A DNA stretch of 64,000 nt from Trueperaceae bacterium. Its GTDB lineage: Bacteria; Deinococcota; Deinococci; Deinococcales; Trueperaceae. The notes beneath the pieces were generated by a model. It was not told where the DNA came from. It ran no database searches and saw only the letters and a program-made list of their open reading frames with translations. Made by a program: the position numbers and the translations under genes. Positions 8,798 through 17,330 of the stretch are shown here, piece by piece. The first letter of the stretch is position 1, and each line of letters opens with the position of its first letter. The stretch lies in assembly GCA_965213705.1 (NCBI GenBank), contig OZ243913.1:416001-480000 (forward strand). The letters are read 5' to 3'.

Positions 8798-9284
8798 CCT
8801 GAAAGTTCGCCCCACCGTCCACGCCGACTTGAGTGCCGTCGCCAACATCTACAACCAGGGCATCCGCGGTCGCCATGCGACGTTCGAGACTCGAGAACGT
8901 CATCCGGAAGAGTTGGAGGCGTGGCTTGAACGCCCCTACCCGTTTCTCGTTACCGAACGTTCAGGTGAGGTCGTGGGTTGGGTTGCAGGCTCGGAGTACC
9001 GCCCGCGCGACTGCTACCGCGGCGTCGCCGAGTTTTCGGTGTACGTGGCTGAAGAGGCCAGGGGCCAAGGTGTCGGCGACGCGCTGATGGCTGCCTTTTT
9101 GGAGGCTTGCGAAGCGGCAGGATTTTGGAAAGTTTTGTCGCGCATTTTTCCCGAGAATGCGGGCTCGAGAGCCTTATGCCGCCGCCACGGTTTCCGCGAG
9201 GTCGGCGTGTACGAGCGTCACGCGCAACTGGGCGGCGTGTGGCGAGACGTGGTCATCGTGGAGCGGCTGCTGAGCGCAAGCTAG
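8787..9284 (+). CDS. arsN: Arsinothricin-resistance type GNAT N-acetyltransferase (ArsN1-like)
   Basis: Start moved to ATG 8787; IYNQGI..ATFET, CYRGVAEFSVYV, RGQGVG, FWKVLSRIFPEN, GVWRDVVIVERLL. Confidence 0.8.
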   Translation: MPTDLKVRPTVHADLSAVANIYNQGIRGRHATFETRERHPEELEAWLERPYPFLVTERSGEVVGWVAGSEYRPRDCYRGVAEFSVYVAEEARGQGVGDALMAAFLEACEAAGFWKVLSRIFPENAGSRALCRRHGFREVGVYERHAQLGGVWRDVVIVERLLSAS

Positions 9285-9302
9285 TGAAGTGCTCCAAGGG
9301 CT

Positions 9303-9704
9303 TCAGTCGGGGTAAACAAACCCGAACACCCACAACAGCCACACCGCCAGGTTTTTCACCGGACGGTAGATGAGGACGATGGTCACGAACGCCACCCCGA
9401 CCATAAGCGGCGTCAAGCCCTGAAAAAAGCCGTACCTCAAAACGAGGATAATTCCGACGGCAAGACAAACCAAAACAGTGATGAAGTACGAAAGAACGGC
9501 TGACACCAGAAAGTTGCCCTCACCGCGCCGCTCGAAGCGTGCGCCGCACAGCTCGCAGGCGTCTTTGTTTTGCAAGAAGTCTTTAGCGACGCGCCCTCGA
9601 GCGCAGACAGGGCAACGTCCCCCGAAGGTGGTCGTGAAAAAGCGCTGGAACGCCAACCCGACATCCCGGACGGGCGTGTCTTTCTGTTGTCGATGCGTGC
9701 TCAT
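9303..9704 (-). CDS. DUF983-like zinc-ribbon membrane protein
   Basis: RCPVCARG...CELCG followed by two TM helices. Confidence 0.75.
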   Translation of the reverse strand: MSTHRQQKDTPVRDVGLAFQRFFTTTFGGRCPVCARGRVAKDFLQNKDACELCGARFERRGEGNFLVSAVLSYFITVLVCLAVGIILVLRYGFFQGLTPLMVGVAFVTIVLIYRPVKNLAVWLLWVFGFVYPD

Positions 9705-9734
9705 GGTTTTGAGAACAGGCTCGAGAGACGAACC

Positions 9735-10865
9735 TCAGGCTCGAGCCTCTTCCTTGTCCTCTTTTTTCTTCTTACCGCCGAAAAAGCCTTTAATTTTTTC
9801 CAGCACCGTTTCGTGCTCGTGTATTTCTTCGCCGACTTCTTGGGCGTAGGCGCTGAGCAAGTCTTTAGCTTTGGCGCTGAGCTTGCTGGGCACTTCAACT
9901 CTGGCCGTCACCACCTGGTCGCCCAACCCGACCTGTCGCAGCCGCGGCATCCCCTTACCGCGCAGGCGGAACTCGGTGCCGGGCTGCACGCCCGCGGGCA
10001 CCTGCACGACCGCCGGGCCGTCGAGCGTCGGCACCTCGAACGAACTGCCTAAAGCCGCTTGGGCGAAACCGAGCGGCAGGTTGTAGTAGAGGTCGTCGCC
10101 CTGGCGGGTCAGGTGCGGGTGGGGTTCTAAGTCGATGTAGACGTACAGGTCGCCGGGCGGCCCGCCGTCCACGCCCGCGTTGCCCTGTTGCGGCAAGCGC
10201 AAGCGGTAGCCCGCGTCGATGCCCTTGGGCAACCCGACCTCGGCCTGGCCGGGCTTACGGGTGCGCCCCGCCCCCCGGCACGCCTTGCAGGGCGTGGTGA
10301 TAATCTCGCCCACGCCGCGGCACTGCGGACACACGGCTTGCGTGACCATCGTACCGAGGAAAGACTGCACCTGCTGGCGCACCTGGCCCGCGCCGCGGCA
10401 CTGGGGGCAGGTCTGTTTGCCGTCCGTGCCGGGTTCGGCGCGTTCGCCGTCGCAGTGGTCGCAGACGCCCAAGCGCTCCACGTCCAGCAGCACCGTTTCG
10501 CCGGCCCTGGCCTGCTCCAAGGTCACGGTGAGTTGCGCTTCTAAGTCTTCACCTTGCGCGCCACGCCCCGCCCGACTTCCTCCAGAAAAGCCCCCGCCGA
10601 ACACCGAGGAGAAGATGTCGAAAATGTCGCCCGAGAACTGCGCCTGCGGGTCGGCCGTGCCGAAGCGGTCGTAGTGCGAGCGCTTTTGCGGGTCGGACAA
10701 TACTGCGTAGGCCGCGTTGATGTGTTTGAACTTTTCTTCGGCCTCATGGTCGCCGGGGTTGCGGTCGGGGTGGTACTGGAGCGCCAGTTTGCGGTAAGCG
10801 CTTTTGATTTCCTTACCGTCCGCCGTGCGCGCCACGCTGAGGGCTTCGTAATAGTCTACAGTCAT
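9735..10865 (-). CDS. dnaJ: Molecular chaperone DnaJ
   Basis: J-domain with HPD, four CxxC zinc-finger repeats, GDLYV, LRGKGMP C-terminal domain. Confidence 0.97.
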   Translation of the reverse strand: MTVDYYEALSVARTADGKEIKSAYRKLALQYHPDRNPGDHEAEEKFKHINAAYAVLSDPQKRSHYDRFGTADPQAQFSGDIFDIFSSVFGGGFSGGSRAGRGAQGEDLEAQLTVTLEQARAGETVLLDVERLGVCDHCDGERAEPGTDGKQTCPQCRGAGQVRQQVQSFLGTMVTQAVCPQCRGVGEIITTPCKACRGAGRTRKPGQAEVGLPKGIDAGYRLRLPQQGNAGVDGGPPGDLYVYIDLEPHPHLTRQGDDLYYNLPLGFAQAALGSSFEVPTLDGPAVVQVPAGVQPGTEFRLRGKGMPRLRQVGLGDQVVTARVEVPSKLSAKAKDLLSAYAQEVGEEIHEHETVLEKIKGFFGGKKKKEDKEEARA

Positions 10866-11008
10866 AGGGACAGAGTATACCGGAAACCCTTCAGAAAGCT
10901 TGTATAAACCGACTCACATCTGTTGAGTGCGGGAGGGGAGGGTCAGGGTTAAAAAGGTGGGGAATAGGAGAGTAAAGGCCTTCGATTTTACCTCCTACTT
11001 CCTCTTCC

Positions 11009-11461
11009 CTACCTCATCTTTACAAACCGCGGCGGCTCTATCCCGACCATCCGCGCCATCATCCAAGCTTGCCCCTTGTGGTGCGCCTCGTGGTCGCGCA
11101 GAAACTCGAGCAGGGTCGAGAGCGGCATCTTGCGCCCGCCGAAGGCCTCTATCATCGTGCCGAGCTGTTCTTCGCTCAGGTTGGACAAGGTTTGCTGCAT
11201 GGTTGTGGCGTTGTCGCGCAGGCGCTGTTTGGCGCTCGAGAAGTCCGGGGACGGTTCCGGCTTTTGCGGCGTTTCACCCCGCAGCATGGCGAGGCTGCGC
11301 TCGCTCGCGCCCGCTAAGTGGTCGGTGAGTCCTTGAAAGCTCATGCCGCCGTCCCACGCGGCAAAGTCGCCCTGGTCGTCGGGTAGTTGGTCCAAAAGTT
11401 CCAAAAGCGCCCCGCGGTGCATCATAAAAGCCGCGGCGTGGTCTTGTCCTGTGTTCGTCAT
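11009..11461 (-). CDS. DinB/YfiT family protein
   Basis: 150 aa; H...DHEAHHKGQ metal-binding motif; SD AGGAGG. Confidence 0.85.
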   Translation of the reverse strand: MTNTGQDHAAAFMMHRGALLELLDQLPDDQGDFAAWDGGMSFQGLTDHLAGASERSLAMLRGETPQKPEPSPDFSSAKQRLRDNATTMQQTLSNLSEEQLGTMIEAFGGRKMPLSTLLEFLRDHEAHHKGQAWMMARMVGIEPPRFVKMR

Positions 11462-11510
11462 GTCCGCCTCCTAAAGCTCTGAGGCTACCACGCGGCGTTT
11501 GGTCTTGTTC

Positions 11511-14471
11511 CTACTTCGGATAAAGCTGCCGCTGCGGGACGAGGTGTTTGGTGTAGGGCCCGTACTGCCACCACAACTGCGCGAACGCGCCGCCGCTGCC
11601 GTCGAACAGTTCCAGGCTGACGGGGCAGGTTTGGCCGGCGCTCAAGGTTAGCTTGCCGCTGTTGGGCTGCGGCCCGTGGTAGGTCGTGTCGTTGAACAGG
11701 ACTTGCCCGCAGACTTCCAGGCGCACACCGTCGTCGGTGACGGTGGTGAAAGTGTACTCGCCCGCCTCGGTCGCCTGCACCGCGCCCGTCCAGCGCACGG
11801 TGAAGTCGTCCGCGCGCACGCCCGCAACGGGCGACCCCGGCCACTCGAAGTTGATAACAGGGTCGAGGCGCGTGACCGCCTCACCGCTGAAGTCGCGGCT
11901 GTTAAAGTACGCGCCCGTCAAGCCGGTGCCGCTGCCGGTCACGGGTGGGGGCGGGCCGCCATTTTTGACCTCGAGCTGGTCGTAGTCGTCCGCGGTAATC
12001 ATTTTGACGTGCAGCGTTCCGGCGTCGCCGTCGTAGTAGTAGCTCGGTTTGGAGGCGGTCTCGAGCGCGGCCAAGTCAACTGTCGAAGACAGTTCCCGGC
12101 CGTAGCGGCTGACGACGGGTAGCGCGTCGGCGAAAGGGATTTTCAGCCGCAGGGCGCGGGCCGCGCCCTGTTGCAACACAACGCGGAAAGTCGCGGGTCT
12201 TGCGCCCGCAAAGCCGAGCGTGTACTCGCGCTCCGGCAACAGCAACGTGCGAAAATGTTTGCTCGGCGACGCGCCCGTGCCGAACAGCGTGTGGGTCACG
12301 CCGTCGTCACGGCTGAGGCTGACCGAAACTCGGTCCTCGTCCAAGTTCACACTTAAAGCCGCATAAGTTTCGTCGCACACCCACGCCGTCCACTCGGCGC
12401 GGGCGCTGCACTTGTCGGTCAGCAAAAACGGGTTGTCCACGACGACGTAGCGCTCTGGCGTGCCGGTCACGCTGCCGTCCCGGTCCAAAAACACGGCGCT
12501 GCGGTAGCCGTCCCGGCTCCCCTTGGTGGGGTCTCCGGGTGGCATGGCGCTCTCGTCCAGCTCCAAGTACACCCGCTTTGTGCCGTCGCCTTCAAAGCTG
12601 AGCCCGCCAGCCTCGTTGCGCGGGTCGACCGAGAACGCCGTAAACCGCAGGTAGCTCAGCGCCGAGGCCTGTCGCCGGCTGTTCGGGACGAAGCGCGCAA
12701 AGTGCGAGGCTTCAGCCGACACCTTGCCGTCGTAAAACTCGAAACCGCGCACAGGAAAGTCCGGCTCCCAGGGTTTGGGCAAGCTGCGGCCGTCGGCTCC
12801 AACTTTGCCGTCCTCGACTTGCCAGGGCGGGGGCGTGCCCCTGTTCGCCGTCTCGCCGACGAACAGGCTGTCCGTCACGCTCGTGTCTTGCGAGGCGAAA
12901 GTCGCGCCGACGGCGTTGTCAGCCAGGCGTGCGTCCGTCAAGACGTGGTGCGCCCCGCGCAGCCACACGCCGCGGTTGCGGTTTTTGTAAGCGGTAAACC
13001 CTGTGAACTCGGCGGTGACCGGTTGGGAGGTGTTGCGCCCGTTTTCGACGGCGGTAGGAGTTTCGCTGGGCCGGTAGAAGCTCGTACCCACCGTGCCGTC
13101 CTCGCCGGGACCGCCGTCCACGTGCAAGCCGTCGCTGTTCGCCGAGTGAGCTACGTTGTTCGCAAACAAAGCTAGCGGCGTGTAGCGAGGCCACACCGCC
13201 GCGGTTTTGGACAGGCCGGTCGGGTGTTCGGGCAGGGCCAGCCAAAACCCCGACCCTTCCGAACCCGCGGCGACGTTGTCGGTCAAGCGGTTGGCGGGGT
13301 TGGTTAGCCAGTATACCGCCGGGCCGCGAAAGTCCCGGTCGGAAGGCAACAGGGCGTGTTCTGAGGCGGGTTTGTAGATGCTCAGCCCCAGGTTGTGGTC
13401 GAACACGTTGTCGGTTTCGGCCCCGTCTTCCAAAAAGAAGCAGTGGCCGGGCGCGTCGAAAGCCACGTTGTCCTGGACCAGCACGCCGTTCGAGCCGTGG
13501 ACGGTCACGCAGCGGTTGAAGCTGTGGTGGACGCTCGAGCCCACCACGAACTGGCCCCTGGAGGCGTCCCCCAGCATGTGCCAGTGAACGGGATAGCGGC
13601 CCATTCTGAAACGCTGGCCCATCCGGTAGAGTTCCGTACCGCTGACAAAAAGCCCCCCGCCCATCGCCATAAAGTGCCCGCCGAAACCGTCCACTTCCGA
13701 CGCGGCGTCGCCCTGAACCCGCACGTTGCGGCTCAGCAAACCGACCTCGGCGCGCATTTCAACGGTTTTGCCGCCGTAGGTTTCCCGACCGCTCCAGTGT
13801 GAATAAGCGGCGGGTTTGTCGAGCGACACCTTTGTGCCGGACACCCCGACGACTTCAAACACCTCGGCTTGTCGGTAGTCGAAGTCGGTCGAGGCGACGA
13901 CGACGGCGTCGCCGACGCGCCAGTCGGGGGCGGTGTCCAGCTCGAGCACCGTCCCTCCCTGGTCCAGGGTTTTAGCCAAGCGCGCCCAACTCGTCCTGGG
14001 TTCGCCGTGCAGTTGGACGACGCCGCCCGACATCGCGACCAAAAACTTGCCGCCCATCTTCATGACGTTTTCGTCCGGGCCGGTCAAGGTGATGACGGCC
14101 TTGTGGCTGAAAGGCCGCTCAAACGAGCCGACCTCGAGCTTGCCCGTTACTTCTATCCACCTCGCGCTCAAGCTCAGGTCCTGCGCGTCGAAAACGAGCG
14201 CGCCCCGAATGCTCAGGCTGCCCAGCTCGGGCGGGTTCACGTCGAGGAGGACGTTTTTGCCCGCGGGAATGGTGACGTTTTCGCCTGCACCCGGCACCGC
14301 GCCGCCCCAAGTGGCGGGGTCCGACCAGAGGGCGTTGGGAACGGTCGGAGGGGGTGGAGCGGGCACTTCGGCAGGAGGCGTCTCCGGGGGCGGCTCGGCG
14401 GGTGCGGGCGGCGGGCCGACCTGCTGACACGCGGCGAGCGCCACAAGAAGCGTTAGAAAAAAGCGTTTCAC
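11511..14471 (-). CDS. CEMIP/TMEM2-like lipoprotein: G8 domain, parallel beta-helix, C-terminal PA14 domain
   Basis: Lipobox LAA-C; Pro-rich linker; G8 (WSDPATW..VPGAGENVTI); RYPVHWH, SFNRCVTVHGSNG, GHCFFLEDG, LLPSDRD, FPVRGFEFYDG; PA14 (GTGLTGAYF..FTVRWTG..DDGVRL). Confidence 0.85.
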   Translation of the reverse strand: MKRFFLTLLVALAACQQVGPPPAPAEPPPETPPAEVPAPPPPTVPNALWSDPATWGGAVPGAGENVTIPAGKNVLLDVNPPELGSLSIRGALVFDAQDLSLSARWIEVTGKLEVGSFERPFSHKAVITLTGPDENVMKMGGKFLVAMSGGVVQLHGEPRTSWARLAKTLDQGGTVLELDTAPDWRVGDAVVVASTDFDYRQAEVFEVVGVSGTKVSLDKPAAYSHWSGRETYGGKTVEMRAEVGLLSRNVRVQGDAASEVDGFGGHFMAMGGGLFVSGTELYRMGQRFRMGRYPVHWHMLGDASRGQFVVGSSVHHSFNRCVTVHGSNGVLVQDNVAFDAPGHCFFLEDGAETDNVFDHNLGLSIYKPASEHALLPSDRDFRGPAVYWLTNPANRLTDNVAAGSEGSGFWLALPEHPTGLSKTAAVWPRYTPLALFANNVAHSANSDGLHVDGGPGEDGTVGTSFYRPSETPTAVENGRNTSQPVTAEFTGFTAYKNRNRGVWLRGAHHVLTDARLADNAVGATFASQDTSVTDSLFVGETANRGTPPPWQVEDGKVGADGRSLPKPWEPDFPVRGFEFYDGKVSAEASHFARFVPNSRRQASALSYLRFTAFSVDPRNEAGGLSFEGDGTKRVYLELDESAMPPGDPTKGSRDGYRSAVFLDRDGSVTGTPERYVVVDNPFLLTDKCSARAEWTAWVCDETYAALSVNLDEDRVSVSLSRDDGVTHTLFGTGASPSKHFRTLLLPEREYTLGFAGARPATFRVVLQQGAARALRLKIPFADALPVVSRYGRELSSTVDLAALETASKPSYYYDGDAGTLHVKMITADDYDQLEVKNGGPPPPVTGSGTGLTGAYFNSRDFSGEAVTRLDPVINFEWPGSPVAGVRADDFTVRWTGAVQATEAGEYTFTTVTDDGVRLEVCGQVLFNDTTYHGPQPNSGKLTLSAGQTCPVSLELFDGSGGAFAQLWWQYGPYTKHLVPQRQLYPK

Positions 14472-14525
14472 AAGTTTCCTCTCACAGGAGGCTGAGAAAG
14501 TATCGGCAACTCAAAAAGTCGCCCT

Positions 14526-14600
14526 CAGCCGGTTGCGCTACTCGCTCCCCTCGTCCTAAAGCGCCCAAATGATGAGACGAGGTTCACAGCATTCCGAGAC
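14526..14600 (-). promoter_or_regulatory. c-di-GMP-II riboswitch
   Basis: Minus strand CGGAAUGCUGUGAA-CCUCGUC...UUUGGGCGCUUUA-GGACGAGG-GGAGCGAGUAGCGCAACCGG fits the class II consensus, with a GCGCU/AGCGC pseudoknot; 5' UTR of the lipoprotein gene; TAGACT -10 at 14633-14638. Confidence 0.85.
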
Positions 14601-14675
14601 AACGTTCCGAGAGCGAAAGACTCTCAGGGTCCAGTCTAGCGGACGCCGCTCTGAAAAGCTGTCTAAAGTTCCACG

Positions 14676-15149
14676 CTAGCGGCGTGGGTAAACAACCCAG
14701 AACCGTTCGCACACCAGCGGCATCGTCTCGTCGAACGCATACCCCGACGCTTCGCCTTCGCGGATGAAAAAGCGTTTGTGCGCCTCACGCCAGTAAGCGA
14801 GCGACCGGTCCCCTTCTCCCTCGGCCCGGGCGAAGTCCGCGCCGACCTCGCCGTAGGGTTTGACCTCGACCCGGGTCGTTTCGATGACGCACAAGGGCTC
14901 TCCCCTGCCGTCCAGAACGATGCTGAGGCGGCCGGTTTCGGGAACGGGTTCGCCGTCCAGCTCGAGCCCCCGCAGCGAACAGCAAGTCGCCGTTTTCGTT
15001 CCCGCTGTGACCAGGCGGCCCAACTCGTCCGCCATCTCCGAACTGTCGCCGAAGCTCCAGGCTTCGTACTCGCTGGGGCGTTCGGCGTCGGGCAGAGATG
15101 CCAGATAAGCTTGCCAAAACGCTTCGACCTGCGGACCGACCTCACTCAT
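14676..15149 (-). CDS. ASCH domain protein
   Basis: AWSFGD..ADELG.LV..GTKTATC, FARAEGEGDRSL.YW, VCERF. Confidence 0.9.
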   Translation of the reverse strand: MSEVGPQVEAFWQAYLASLPDAERPSEYEAWSFGDSSEMADELGRLVTAGTKTATCCSLRGLELDGEPVPETGRLSIVLDGRGEPLCVIETTRVEVKPYGEVGADFARAEGEGDRSLAYWREAHKRFFIREGEASGYAFDETMPLVCERFWVVYPRR

Positions 15150-15283
15150 CGGCTTTTTTCACAACGCTTCACCTCGCGGTTTGGGAGACTTCTCTCGCTC
15201 AGTAGCAACCACATAACCGAATAATCCCTCTTCGATAAAACTTTTGCAAATTCGGTCTAAACGAAGTCAAAGCTCTCACTGCT

Positions 15284-15745
15284 TCAGCGGCGTTTGAGCG
15301 CCTGCAACCGCTTCGTCGCCTCGTCGGCGTTCAGCTCGCCCCGCTCGAGCGCGCTCAACACCTCGGCGCGTTCGTTTTTGGTTTCTTCGACGCTTTCAAA
15401 AGCCTCGTAGCCGAGGGTGCGCAGCAGCGTCTCGAAGCGCAGTCGCACGGTCGGGTAACTGAGACCCAGGATGCGCTCGACCTCTTTGAGGTTGCCCCGC
15501 ACCTTGACGAACAGGCGCAGGTACTCGAGCTGTTCCTCGGGCAGCAGCGCGAACTCGTTGGGTTGAAACCGGCCCTCGATGCTCACGCCGCTCGTCGGGC
15601 ACTCCAAGCGGGTAACCTCCAGCGGCTCGCCCGTCGCCGGGCACTTTACGGGCATCGGCAACTTGGACGTCGGCGGTCTGGACGTCGGCAACTTGGACGT
15701 CGGCGGTTTAGACGTCGGCGGTTTGTCCTGTTGAGACTCAGCCAT
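15284..15745 (-). CDS. DUF2089 family (zinc ribbon-HTH-SHOCT-like) protein
   Basis: CPATG..LEC, RGNLKEVERILGLSYPTVR, VLSALERGELNADEA; TGATG coupling to the upstream gene. Confidence 0.88.
   Translation of the reverse strand: MAESQQDKPPTSKPPTSKLPTSRPPTSKLPMPVKCPATGEPLEVTRLECPTSGVSIEGRFQPNEFALLPEEQLEYLRLFVKVRGNLKEVERILGLSYPTVRLRFETLLRTLGYEAFESVEETKNERAEVLSALERGELNADEATKRLQALKRR
15655..15724. repeat. In-frame 15-bp tandem repeat, about 5 copies (KPPTS/KLPTS)
   Basis: tcggcaacttggacg / tcggcggtctggacg / tcggcaacttggacg / tcggcggtttagacg / tcggcggttt. Confidence 0.9.
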
Positions 15746-16140
15746 CACACGACCTCAATGGTGACGGTCACTTCGTCGGTCGCGCCGCCCGCTTGGATGT
15801 CGACCAGGGGGCCGCTCGGGAAGTTGCCGTCCAGCGAGCCCAAAAGCTCGTCCAAGTCGATGCCTTGCCGGTCTAGGTGGGCGCGCGCCTCTTTGGGGAT
15901 GAACCGCTCGGCGAACTTGGCAAGCCCCAAGGGCACGTTGAGGTTCAGCGTCGACTCGTCGGTGCTGTCCGAAGCGCAAATGCTGATGCGCAGCACCCGA
16001 GCGATGCCCTTGGGCGCGGGCGGCGCGGGCGGTGGGGGCGGCGTACTCGCCGAGCCCAAAGCTTCTAAAAGTTGGGCGGCTTCGTCGGCGGTCAGTTCCC
16101 CGGCGACGAGCAGGTCTAAAATGCGGCGTTGTTCGGTCAT
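15745..16140 (-). CDS. SHOCT-like (YvlB/LiaX N-terminal-like) domain protein
   Basis: Start moved to MTEQRRILDLLVAGELTADEAAQLLEAL; NLNVPLGLAKFA; DUF2089 operon context. Confidence 0.8.
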   Translation of the reverse strand: MTEQRRILDLLVAGELTADEAAQLLEALGSASTPPPPPAPPAPKGIARVLRISICASDSTDESTLNLNVPLGLAKFAERFIPKEARAHLDRQGIDLDELLGSLDGNFPSGPLVDIQAGGATDEVTVTIEVV

Positions 16141-16144
16141 GGAT

Positions 16145-17050
16145 TCAGCCACAGCGCACCTCCAGGTCGCCCGCGCTGACCGACACCTCGAGGCTTGCCT
16201 CGCCCCCACCGACTTGCCCGACCAGACTGCTGCCCATACCGATTCGCCGAACGGACAAGGGGGCGTCGGCGGCCACGTCGCCCATACTTATCCCGCCGGT
16301 CACGCGCACGCTCGAGCCCTCCAGCAGGGTGATGTTCAGGTCGCCTGCGGACAGTTTGACGCGGTGCTCGCCCTTCGTCAGACGCACGCTTGCGTTTACG
16401 TCGCCGGCACTTAAGCCGAGGTCGACGCCGCCCACGTCCTGCACGTTCAGGTCGCCTGCCAACAACCTGGCCTTGACAAAGGGTGCGCCGCTTACCCGAA
16501 CGTCCCCCGCCTTGCTGTCCACGACGACGCCGAACCCCGCCGGAATCCTGATTTTCAGGTCGCCCATGCGCTCAAAAAGACCGCCGACAAACTCGCTGAC
16601 CCCGTCGACGAGGCCGTCCAACCCCTCACGACGTGGCACCTTGTCTTTTTTGCGCTTGAGGGGTCGAATGACGAAGTCGTCGCCGTCTCGTTTGACTTCA
16701 AACTGTGCGGCCTCACCGTCGACTTCCGGCTCGCTGAGGGCGGGGTCTACGCAAATGTTCAAGTCGCCCGTGAGCATACTGGCGCGGACCCAGCGCAAAC
16801 CCTGGGGCAAATCGTCTTTTTTTTGGGCTCGAGCCAGTGCGGCTCGGGCGACGTCTCTCGCTTCCTGAACCACTTCCGCACGAGGGCTTTCGCGCTCAGC
16901 CTCGCGCTCAGCCTCGCCCGTTTCTTCAATTTCCGAATTTTTCAAAGCACTAAGGAGCCGCGTGGCCTCCTCCTGCGTGATTTTCCCCTTGGCAACCAAG
17001 GCCTGAATGCGTTCCTGGTCGGTCTTGCCGCCGGTCGTGTCGTCTGCCAT
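16145..17050 (-). CDS. DUF4097-like beta-strand repeat protein with N-terminal SHOCT-like helix pair
   Basis: Start MADD (SD GAAAGGA); LVAKGKITQEEATRLL; repeated (S/L)AGD(V/L) turns. Confidence 0.78.
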   Translation of the reverse strand: MADDTTGGKTDQERIQALVAKGKITQEEATRLLSALKNSEIEETGEAEREAERESPRAEVVQEARDVARAALARAQKKDDLPQGLRWVRASMLTGDLNICVDPALSEPEVDGEAAQFEVKRDGDDFVIRPLKRKKDKVPRREGLDGLVDGVSEFVGGLFERMGDLKIRIPAGFGVVVDSKAGDVRVSGAPFVKARLLAGDLNVQDVGGVDLGLSAGDVNASVRLTKGEHRVKLSAGDLNITLLEGSSVRVTGGISMGDVAADAPLSVRRIGMGSSLVGQVGGGEASLEVSVSAGDLEVRCG

Positions 17051-17051
17051 G

Positions 17052-17243
17052 TCAAAAGGTCCTTTCAAACGTGAAGTCCTGTGCGGCTTCGGGCTCGAGG
17101 TGTGCGGCCAGCGCCCTCAGCAAAGACGCGAAGTGGTGGCGCAAACTACCTCTTCGAACTTGGCTGCGCCACGCCGCCTCACGTTCGTACCGCTCTACTT
17201 TTGCCCGACCCACCCTTAAAAGCTCGTAGGGATGTTCGTTCAC
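17052..17243 (-). CDS. Small hypothetical protein, first gene of the DUF4097-DUF2089 operon
   Basis: 63 aa; strong SD AAGGAGG; ends 1 nt before the next start. Confidence 0.65.
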   Translation of the reverse strand: MNEHPYELLRVGRAKVERYEREAAWRSQVRRGSLRHHFASLLRALAAHLEPEAAQDFTFERTF

Positions 17244-17263
17244 GGCCCTGCCTCCTTGAGGGC

Positions 17264-17292
17264 AGTGTAGATGGTTTTTTATGCATTGTCAA
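17264..17292 (-). promoter_or_regulatory. Sigma70-type promoter TTGACA-N17-TACACT
   Basis: Plus strand agtgta at 17264-17269 and tgtcaa at 17287-17292; AT-rich sequence upstream. Confidence 0.75.
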
Positions 17293-17330
17293 CTATTTTT
17301 TACATTATAACAACTTGAATAACTTTATAA

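Noticed and set aside
14480..14640. c-di-AMP (ydaO) or c-di-GMP-I riboswitch
   Set aside because: The motifs of those classes were not found; the sequence fits class II c-di-GMP instead.
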